From Cuniculiplasma divulgatum (GTDB taxonomy: Archaea; Thermoplasmatota; Thermoplasmata; Thermoplasmatales; Thermoplasmataceae): a DNA stretch of 32,000 nucleotides. Each line of letters starts with the position of its first letter. Positions within the stretch are counted from its first letter, which is position 1. Both the position numbers and the translations under genes were made by a program. The notes beneath the pieces are model-generated. The model saw only the letters and a list, made by a program, of their open reading frames with translations, searched no databases and was not told the DNA's origin. Of this stretch, positions 25,772-32,000 are shown piece by piece. Location of the stretch: assembly GCF_900083515.1 (NCBI RefSeq), contig NZ_LT671858.1, forward strand, positions 1,230,001 through 1,262,000, written 5' to 3'.

Positions 25772-27723
25772 GAAATCAGATCTTTCAAGAGAGGTTTTTT
25801 CATTTCAATGTTGATTGCAATCTTTTCGCTATCTTCTTTTCCATCTATTTCTACCGTTCCATTCACTGATTTGAACCTGTGCCATTTGTTTCCAAAGTAT
25901 ACTTCCCTTTCAACATTCCCAAAATAGTAGATTTTTTGTCCGACTATTATAACTGAATTCTTCTTCTGGTATAAAGGAAGGTCTCCTGTTGATCTTATTC
26001 TTCTATGTCCCATGTATATATCAGATGATTCATAATCGTACCACATACCATCTGGCAGGTAAAGCTCCCTGTTTTCCTGAGACTGAACAACAATAGGCGC
26101 AAGTAAAAGCTCATCTCCAACCATGTACTCATCATCGATTGTGAATATGCCATCTTCTTTCGGAAAGTTGAAGGCAAGCGGCCTTATAACAGGGGTGCCA
26201 AATTTCTCAGATTCAACACATTTCCAGTAAAGATAGGGAACAAAATTATGTCTTATATTTAGTAAATCACTGAATCTTTTTCGGTAATAACTGTCAAAGA
26301 CATACAGTTCCTGATCATTCCCCATCTTCACCTTGTGATTCCTGTATACTGGGAAAAAGAGGGCCATTTGGTAAAATCTCAAAATTAGTTCAGGACTAGA
26401 ATACCCTGAAAATCCTCCAAGATCGCAACCTACGTATGGAACCCCTGATATGCTCAAAGAAGTAAGAATTGGAATCTGAAGACCCATATTTTCAAATGTT
26501 GATAGCCCATCTCCACTCCATATGGCAGCATATTTCTGTATACCTGCAAATCCAGATCTGGACAGGATATAACTTTTTCCGGGCTTCATCGCTTTATAAG
26601 TATATTCAGCCTCCTTCAGTGCATATGCATTATGTACTTCGGAATGTTTCACCATCTTTCCATTCACTTCGTGAACAGCATCAGGTTCTACTGTTCTTGA
26701 TTCAACATTATGAACTGAAGGTTCGTTCATGTCAAGCCAGACACCATCATAGCCCTTAGAAAGAAATTTAGACATCTCGTCGAACCAGAAATCTCCACCC
26801 TCCTTCTTGAAAAAATCTGGAAATACGCATTTACCGGGCCATACATCTCCAGTATATATCTCACCTCTGGAAGTTTCTATATATGATCCGAGGCCTTTCC
26901 TGAATATTTCACTTTTTTGGTCTGCCTTAAGCCCAGGATCTATTATGGGAATTACCCTGACATTTTTGCCATGTAGTCTTTCAATCATTTCTTTCATTCC
27001 TGGAAATTTATTTTTATCCTCTGTAAAAATGTTGTATTCATCCATATAATCAATATCCAGATAAACTGAACCTACGGCATAAGGTCCAAATGCCTTTTGA
27101 TAATTTTCTACAACTTCCTCCACCCTTTCCTCTGGATAGTATGAATATTTAGATATCTGGTGTTCTAAAGCCCATTCCGGGATATGAAACGGCTTTCCTG
27201 TAAGGTCAGTGTATTTCTGCAATACAACTTCTGGTGTTTCTCCATTCAGGACATAAAAGGAAAAGTTTTCAGATTTTACATCAATTATTATGTTCGTATA
27301 ATCGGTTACTCCAAAATCAAAATTGATTTCACCTGTATAATTTATGAAGTACCCAATGGTTTCATTTATTCCAGTTTTCATGAAAAATGGTATTGATACA
27401 TATAAGGGATCATATCCAAGATAATAGTTATAACTATCATAATTCCACATCTTTCCAGTTGTTCTCTTCCTTTCTACAGGAAATGCCTTTTCTCCAAGCC
27501 CCAGTATATGGTCACTCTCCAGAATAGGCACTATAATTCTTGTTCCTCCATCCTCTTCCCTTAACTGAAAAGAGGGAGAACCTTCGACCTCATTCTCCTT
27601 AAGGAATCCTGTTTCTATGAATTCCTCTCCGTTTCCAACCTGAAATTTCAATATGTCCTTCTGACCCTTAAAAATATGATACATTAAGATTGCCATGAAA
27701 AATTTGGATAATAACATTTCCAA
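25768..27723 (-). CDS. Glycoside hydrolase family 31 alpha-glucosidase (MalA-like).
   Basis: HILGLGEKAFPVERKRT, DPLYVSIPFF, TGKPFHIPEWA, the nucleophile region DGVWLDMNEPS, IWSGD, GCDLGGF and FFPVYRNH. Close to Sulfolobus MalA as I recall it. Start uncertain: TTG 27723 (track), ATG 27717, or ATG 27684 (MYHIFKGQ...). Confidence 0.9.
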   Translation of the reverse strand: MEMLLSKFFMAILMYHIFKGQKDILKFQVGNGEEFIETGFLKENEVEGSPSFQLREEDGGTRIIVPILESDHILGLGEKAFPVERKRTTGKMWNYDSYNYYLGYDPLYVSIPFFMKTGINETIGYFINYTGEINFDFGVTDYTNIIIDVKSENFSFYVLNGETPEVVLQKYTDLTGKPFHIPEWALEHQISKYSYYPEERVEEVVENYQKAFGPYAVGSVYLDIDYMDEYNIFTEDKNKFPGMKEMIERLHGKNVRVIPIIDPGLKADQKSEIFRKGLGSYIETSRGEIYTGDVWPGKCVFPDFFKKEGGDFWFDEMSKFLSKGYDGVWLDMNEPSVHNVESRTVEPDAVHEVNGKMVKHSEVHNAYALKEAEYTYKAMKPGKSYILSRSGFAGIQKYAAIWSGDGLSTFENMGLQIPILTSLSISGVPYVGCDLGGFSGYSSPELILRFYQMALFFPVYRNHKVKMGNDQELYVFDSYYRKRFSDLLNIRHNFVPYLYWKCVESEKFGTPVIRPLAFNFPKEDGIFTIDDEYMVGDELLLAPIVVQSQENRELYLPDGMWYDYESSDIYMGHRRIRSTGDLPLYQKKNSVIIVGQKIYYFGNVEREVYFGNKWHRFKSVNGTVEIDGKEDSEKIAINIEMKKPLLKDLIS

Positions 27724-27753
27724 ACTATTGATGTAAAAAACTGAGACTGATAA

Positions 27754-27762
27754 TTATATATA
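27754..27762. promoter_or_regulatory. Palindromic TATA element (TTATATATA) shared by the divergent GH31 and encapsulin genes.
   Basis: It lies in a 59-nt divergent spacer. Its centre is about 25 nt from the encapsulin ATG (27783, hence a leaderless mRNA) and about 35-41 nt from the candidate GH31 starts. Confidence 0.45.
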
Positions 27763-27782
27763 CGTCATGGAAATAGAATATC

Positions 27783-28769
27783 ATGTTTTCAAAAGATCCA
27801 AGTGAACTTGTTAGAAAGGAAAAGTTTGACAATGAAGAAATTAGCAGATCAATAAGACTGGCCCTTGCTGCAGAGCTTGATGCCATTAATTTTTATCTCC
27901 AGCAGTCCAGGTTAATGCCAGAAGGACCGTTTAAGAAGGTGCATGAAGATATAGCAAAGGAGGAAGTAACACATTTTGGGGAATTCCTTAGGCTGCTTCA
28001 CGAATATGAACCTCAGGATTTTGACAGGATCGATGCAGGATGGAATGAGGCTTCTGGCCTTCTTGGAAGCCAGCCAGCATTCCTGAAAATGGATTCTAAT
28101 AAGAGAAATATTTCCCCGGACAGTGAAAAAGAAAAAACATCGGGTGAATATCTGATGGAAGGTCTAAGAACAATAAGGTGGGACGAAAGTGGAGTGCTCC
28201 TTCCGGGAAATAAGGAAACAATTGCGCCATTTGAGAAGATATCCATGGAATTCAAGCTTGAAAAAGGAATGAAGGAAATTTACAGAAACCTCCTGATCAG
28301 GAAGCAGGAAGATGAATATAGATCAATAATAGAGAAATACATCTATGAAGATTCAAAAATTTCTCTTACAAACAGATCAACAAAGATCAGGAGCGAAAAA
28401 TCAGATGCCTCTGGAATTATTTCCTCTGTTCTGAAAGCCCTTAAAATTCTATCCGATCACAATTTTGACTCTGATCTGGAGACACAAGTTTCCTTCAGTG
28501 TGTATGAGATTCTCATGACAGTGATGAATGGTAACGAAAATCTTTACAAATCAGTGCGCAGGATTCTGCATAGAATAAGGCTCAATCCAAACCTATCTGG
28601 AAAGAAGCTAATCGTTTTCAGGAAGGATATGTTCACCGTTGCGGTGAAAAAGGCTCCAGAATTGCATAAAATTTCAGAAGATGTTGATAGCATAAATTAT
28701 GGTATATATGGATGGATTCTTCCACTTCTTCTTGATGAGAATGCGTCCGTATTAATTGAATTTAAATAA
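27783..28769 (+). CDS. Ferritin-like protein (Flp/EncFtn-type) fused to an encapsulin (HK97-fold) shell domain, like the Pyrococcus PfV architecture.
   Basis: N-terminal IRLALAAELDAINFYLQQSR...IAKEEVTHFGEFLRLL (E...ExxH di-iron motif) closely parallels the PfV N-terminus as I recall it. The C-terminal LIVFRKDMFTVAVKKAPELHKISEDVDSINYGIYGWILPLLLDENASVLIEF parallels the encapsulin C-terminal strands. Confidence 0.75.
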   Translation: MFSKDPSELVRKEKFDNEEISRSIRLALAAELDAINFYLQQSRLMPEGPFKKVHEDIAKEEVTHFGEFLRLLHEYEPQDFDRIDAGWNEASGLLGSQPAFLKMDSNKRNISPDSEKEKTSGEYLMEGLRTIRWDESGVLLPGNKETIAPFEKISMEFKLEKGMKEIYRNLLIRKQEDEYRSIIEKYIYEDSKISLTNRSTKIRSEKSDASGIISSVLKALKILSDHNFDSDLETQVSFSVYEILMTVMNGNENLYKSVRRILHRIRLNPNLSGKKLIVFRKDMFTVAVKKAPELHKISEDVDSINYGIYGWILPLLLDENASVLIEFK

Positions 28770-28774
28770 ATGAA

Positions 28775-30259
28775 TTAGAAGCCTGGAATGCTTCCCAATT
28801 TCAGCTTATCTCTTGAGTAATCCACATACACATTTTTGAGTTGCAAATACTCTCCTATGCCGTATTTACTACCCTCACCGGCAAGACCGGTCATTCTGAA
28901 CCCGGTGTGGTATCCCTGAGATGATTCTGGTCCAGGCATATTTACGTATAGTTCTCCAAATCTTATGGCCTCGGATGCCTGGTATATCCTCTTGTTATCT
29001 TCTGTGAATAGATAGGAAGCAAGCCCGAATTGCGAATCGTTTGCCATCTTTATAGTTTCATCCCAGTCATTTACTCGATGAATTCCTAGCACGGGACCGA
29101 ATATCTCATCCTGAAATATTGATGACTTCTGAGGAACATTGTCTATTAGTGTTGGTTCAAAGAAGAATCCTTTGTTAAACTCTCCCTTAAGATCTGGCTT
29201 CCTTCCACCTGATAATATTTTCAGATTCTCCTTTTCCGATTCAGCTATGACATTTTCCATGTTTTTCTGTGCATCATGGTTGATAAGTGGACCCATCTGT
29301 GCTGTTTCTGGATCACCGACCTTTATACCTTTTGTCATTGAAATGAATTTCTCCTCAAATTTATCAGCTATATCCTCATGGATGTAAAGTCTCTCAGCAG
29401 CTATACATGACTGACCAGCATTCCAGAATTTAGCCCATACTAAAGTCGTAAGTGCCTTTTCCATATCTGCGTCATTCCAGACAATAAAAGGTGCTTTACC
29501 ACCGAGTTCGAGCATAAGCTTTGACATATTAGCCGATGATTGCTGTATAATTCTCTGACCGGTTCCTGTTGAACCTGTAAGTGTGACCAGAGCTACCTTC
29601 TTGTGTGAAACTATGAAATCCCCTATTTCGGAACCTTTTCCAGTGACAAAGTTAAGAACTCCATCAGGAATGCCTGCTTCCTGGAATTTCCTTACTATCC
29701 ATTCTGCAATTAATGGTGTGTCACTGCTTGGCTTCAGAACAACCGAATTACCTGTCATGAGGGCTGGGGCAAGCTTTCTGGCTACCATTGCTGCGGGAAA
29801 GTTCCATGGTGTGAGTGCAACTACAACTCCCCTTGGCACCTTATACTGGAATATTTTTCTAGTGCTTGAGTCGCCCTCTACAAGATCGCCGTTGATCTTT
29901 CTTTCAAATTCAGCGTAGTAATAAATCTGGTCAAGAACACCATTTACCTCTTCCTGGGCCTGTGGTCTTATCTTTCCGCATTCCCTGACCAGCAGATCTT
30001 CCAGTTCTTTCCTCTTAGCCTGTATTAGGTCTCCAGCCTTCCTGACTATTCGTCCTCTCTCCTTCGAGCCAAGATCATTCCACTTCCAGAATGTTCCTTC
30101 TGCCGCGTCTATGGCTCTACTCACATCATCTTTTGTTGCAGCTGGAAATGTATCAATTTTCATGCCTGTTGCAGGGTTCAGATCATCCAGTGTTTTTCCA
30201 CTTGACGAATCTACCCACTTTCCATCGATTAAATTCTTCATAGGTAGTAATGGCTTCAA
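28775..30259 (-). CDS. Aldehyde dehydrogenase family protein, most similar (from memory) to the NADP-dependent glyceraldehyde dehydrogenase of the Thermoplasma/Picrophilus non-phosphorylative Entner-Doudoroff pathway.
   Basis: LTPWNFPAAMVARKLAPALMTGNSVVLKPS, LELGGKAPFIV (catalytic Glu), WNAGQSCIAAERLY (catalytic Cys), EEIFGPV. The N-terminus IDGKWVDSSSGKT matches my recollection of the T. acidophilum enzyme. Confidence 0.88.
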   Translation of the reverse strand: MKPLLPMKNLIDGKWVDSSSGKTLDDLNPATGMKIDTFPAATKDDVSRAIDAAEGTFWKWNDLGSKERGRIVRKAGDLIQAKRKELEDLLVRECGKIRPQAQEEVNGVLDQIYYYAEFERKINGDLVEGDSSTRKIFQYKVPRGVVVALTPWNFPAAMVARKLAPALMTGNSVVLKPSSDTPLIAEWIVRKFQEAGIPDGVLNFVTGKGSEIGDFIVSHKKVALVTLTGSTGTGQRIIQQSSANMSKLMLELGGKAPFIVWNDADMEKALTTLVWAKFWNAGQSCIAAERLYIHEDIADKFEEKFISMTKGIKVGDPETAQMGPLINHDAQKNMENVIAESEKENLKILSGGRKPDLKGEFNKGFFFEPTLIDNVPQKSSIFQDEIFGPVLGIHRVNDWDETIKMANDSQFGLASYLFTEDNKRIYQASEAIRFGELYVNMPGPESSQGYHTGFRMTGLAGEGSKYGIGEYLQLKNVYVDYSRDKLKLGSIPGF

Positions 30260-30390
30260 TGGAATTTAGTATTTTCTATTTTTCCGCCATATGAGTTTAG
30301 TTGAATTTTCTCAATAATTTGCGTGATATTTTTTAAATAACATCCGCTTAAATGAATTAAGCTTATAATGCCTGAAGATCATGAGGAATA

Positions 30391-30582
30391 ATGAATCATG
30401 TGGTCTGTCCTATGTGCGGATCGGAGAACATTTTCGCTGATTCCGGATTGATAACTGGAAAATACAAATGCAATGAATGTGGGTACGTTGGCTCACTCAT
30501 ATATGAATTTGATGACAAGGATTATGAATTATTTAAAAGACAGCTTGAAAGGAGTAAGAGCAGAGAAAAATTCCCTAAATAA
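30391..30582 (+). CDS. Zinc-ribbon miniprotein (63 aa).
   Basis: CPMCGS...CNECG four-Cys ribbon. A TATA-like CTTATAAT sits about 26 nt upstream of the ATG. The stop directly abuts the stop of the convergent gene. Confidence 0.5.
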   Translation: MNHVVCPMCGSENIFADSGLITGKYKCNECGYVGSLIYEFDDKDYELFKRQLERSKSREKFPK

Positions 30583-31704
30583 TCATAGGGGACCCAGATC
30601 AAGGATGTTTGCAATCTGTACCCCAAATTCACCTGCAAGTTTTAATTTTTCCCTCAGATTATCAACGGTTATCTTGTCCTTGTCCGCCCTTTCCTTTATC
30701 TGATTTATATAGCTCTTCAGTGCATCTTTCTTAATCTCAATTATCTTTACAGCAAGTTTCCTGAATGATCCTGTTGATAGTATATCAATCCCATCTTCCA
30801 CAAGCCTGATTAACTTAGTCTTGTTTGATTCTATCTCCTTCAGTGTACCATATATTCTGTCAAGTGGTACCTGGATCTTGTCGATTTCCAGCATATTGTT
30901 GAGGGCAGGAATACTTGTTACATCAACTGTCTGGTTGTCATCCTTATATTCTATGGAAAGGAATGAGTTTTCATTTCCTCTTGACATAACAAATGTGACT
31001 TTAGCATTACTGTCAGGATCTGCAAATTCAACAAACAGGTTTCCCTTGTTTATGCTTGCAGAGACCATGTAAAATTTATCAATCTTTTCGTAGTCAATCT
31101 GAGCTTCCTTTCCTGCCCAGTTGCTTGCAGAGTTTATTGGTATCTTGACCCCTTTTTCCAGAAAACCAAAGCGCAGAGATTCCTTGAATAAATCTGAACT
31201 TCTTGAATTAAGTGAGAAATCGTATTCAATTGCACTCTCTGCTGTATATCTCACTGCAGCATCATAAACGCCATCAATCCATTTTACGAAGATATTCGCA
31301 TCTATGATTTTCAGAAAATCCATGGAAAGAAATGCCTGTATATTCTTTATAGAATTAGTCCTCGAGGCAGACATTGACCCTTCAAGATCATTTATTTTGT
31401 TCTTATAATCATCATTAAGTTTCCTCTTGAATTTCTCAAGTGATACACCAACTAAACTCTGTATTTCCTTCTCTGTATCATCAAACAGACCGGAAACAGT
31501 TGTTGACTTGAAATCGCCAAGTAATTTTTCAAGTGAAACCATTAAATTGTCCACTTCAGCAATGCTCTGGGGCTGTTTAGATTTTAATGCGTCCTGAAGA
31601 CTCTTGTGATTTTCATATTCGTTTTTACTTATTATTGCATCAAGTAAATACTGATAAAATGCTTTGAACATTAAATCAGAATTTTGCTGCTGGTTTGACT
31701 CCAT
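30583..31704 (-). CDS. Hypothetical 373-aa protein: N-terminal coiled coil, central beta-rich domain, C-terminal helical domain.
   Basis: Long uninterrupted ORF with protein-like composition. I recognised no family motif. Confidence 0.6.
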   Translation of the reverse strand: MESNQQQNSDLMFKAFYQYLLDAIISKNEYENHKSLQDALKSKQPQSIAEVDNLMVSLEKLLGDFKSTTVSGLFDDTEKEIQSLVGVSLEKFKRKLNDDYKNKINDLEGSMSASRTNSIKNIQAFLSMDFLKIIDANIFVKWIDGVYDAAVRYTAESAIEYDFSLNSRSSDLFKESLRFGFLEKGVKIPINSASNWAGKEAQIDYEKIDKFYMVSASINKGNLFVEFADPDSNAKVTFVMSRGNENSFLSIEYKDDNQTVDVTSIPALNNMLEIDKIQVPLDRIYGTLKEIESNKTKLIRLVEDGIDILSTGSFRKLAVKIIEIKKDALKSYINQIKERADKDKITVDNLREKLKLAGEFGVQIANILDLGPL

Positions 31705-31878
31705 TAAATCCCTAGTCAGTAATTACTTCAATGGTTTAAGACTTTATGGAAAACCTGATTACAAGGGTCTGTCAGACATTGTTATGCTCACATATAATGC
31801 ATGCTTTTGTTTATTAAACAATATGAAGCAATGTTTTTATGGAAAGTTTATTAATGGAATTTCATAAGGAGATATCAT

Positions 31879-32000
31879 ATGGAATCTAATAAGAAAGAGG
31901 AATTACTCAATCCTCTAATAGATTCACTTGAAGTAAACATAAAGGGACTGATAATATTAAGCGATAATGAGAAAGATATTTCCAGAGCTGACGTTATCAG
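31879..32000 (+). CDS. 5' end of an ORF running off the window (MESNKKEELLNPLIDSLEVNIKGLIILSDNEKDISRADVI...).
   Basis: The ATG is preceded by a strong Shine-Dalgarno-like AAGGAG with a 7-nt spacer. The frame is open to the window end. Faintly Roadblock/LC7-like (KGLIILSDNEKD), but too short to call. Confidence 0.35.
   Translation, partial: MESNKKEELLNPLIDSLEVNIKGLIILSDNEKDISRADVI

Noticed and set aside
27684-27723. TTG start at 27723 for the GH31 gene, as listed in the track.
   Set aside because: Not rejected outright. However, ATG codons at 27717 and 27684 are equally or more plausible, and MalA-like proteins begin near the MYHIFKG... position. The feature is reported with the start flagged as uncertain.
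30473-30703. 76-aa plus-strand ORF overlapping both the zinc-ribbon gene and the 3' end of the 373-aa gene.
   Set aside because: It is an alternative frame across a convergent junction. It has no motifs, and both overlapped ORFs are better supported.
31664-31867. 67-aa Cys/Phe-rich plus-strand ORF in the divergent spacer.
   Set aside because: It overlaps the start of the 373-aa gene and the promoter region. The composition is atypical (many Cys, Phe, Asn), and there is no TATA or SD at the proper distance.
31866-31881. AAGGAGATATCATATG upstream of the last ORF. It is nearly identical to the T7 gene-10/pET vector RBS-NdeI junction (AAGGAGATATACATATG), which raised the possibility of vector contamination or an engineered insert.
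   Set aside because: It differs by a 1-nt deletion. The flanks show no T7 promoter, lac operator, tag or multiple cloning site, and they are continuous with native-looking AT-rich sequence. It is most simply a natural strong Shine-Dalgarno sequence.
31693-31890. Both divergent genes flanking the 31705-31878 spacer begin with the peptide MESN.
   Set aside because: The similarity covers only four residues, the codons differ at synonymous positions (ATGGAGTCAAAC versus ATGGAATCTAAT) and it ends immediately afterwards. This is coincidence rather than an inverted duplication.

Overview
AT-rich, very compact archaeal chromosome segment. Neighbouring genes often overlap by 1-20 nt, convergent genes are separated by -4 to +7 nt, several starts are TTG or GTG, and TATA-like boxes sit about 25-30 nt before many start codons, which suggests mostly leaderless mRNAs. 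The protein content includes a thermopsin-family protease, membrane-inserted LonB, a MalA-like GH31 alpha-glucosidase, a Thermoplasma-type glyceraldehyde-dehydrogenase-like ALDH and diphthine synthase. This points to an acidophilic Thermoplasmatales-like euryarchaeon (inference only, no search was run). Layout: (1) 1-3939, the 3' two-thirds of a giant Lhr-family helicase gene with an unusually long C-terminal extension rich in winged-helix (WH) units. (2) 3980-4764, a small membrane protein translationally coupled to a wHTH regulator. (3) 4766-14736, a minus-strand cell-surface block. It holds a sequon-rich anchored protein, an unlisted 52-aa ORF, a 1113-aa thermopsin fusion protein, and a five-gene translationally coupled MoxR AAA+/DUF58 operon with three uncharacterised membrane proteins. 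(4) 14987-21569, a PH-like/zinc-ribbon protein followed by a tightly packed housekeeping string: lonB, hypothetical, PfkB kinase, gamma-CA-like protein, enolase, diphthine synthase. (5) 21745-25771, PEBP, a CobY/MobA-like nucleotidyltransferase, membrane proteins, two tandem NfeD-like paralogs and an aldose 1-epimerase. (6) 25768-30259, GH31 alpha-glucosidase, a ferritin-like-protein/encapsulin fusion and an aldehyde dehydrogenase. (7) 30391-32000, a zinc-ribbon miniprotein, a 373-aa coiled-coil/beta/coiled-coil orphan and a truncated ORF. I recognised no rRNA, tRNA, CRISPR array, transposase or integrase. The best leads for something new are the MoxR/DUF58 operon with its heptad-repeat ectodomain protein, the Lhr C-terminal tandem AlkZ/YcaQ-like modules, the orphan duplicated NfeD pair and the solitary Flp-encapsulin fusion. 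All functional calls rest on motif recognition by eye and memory, not on database searches.
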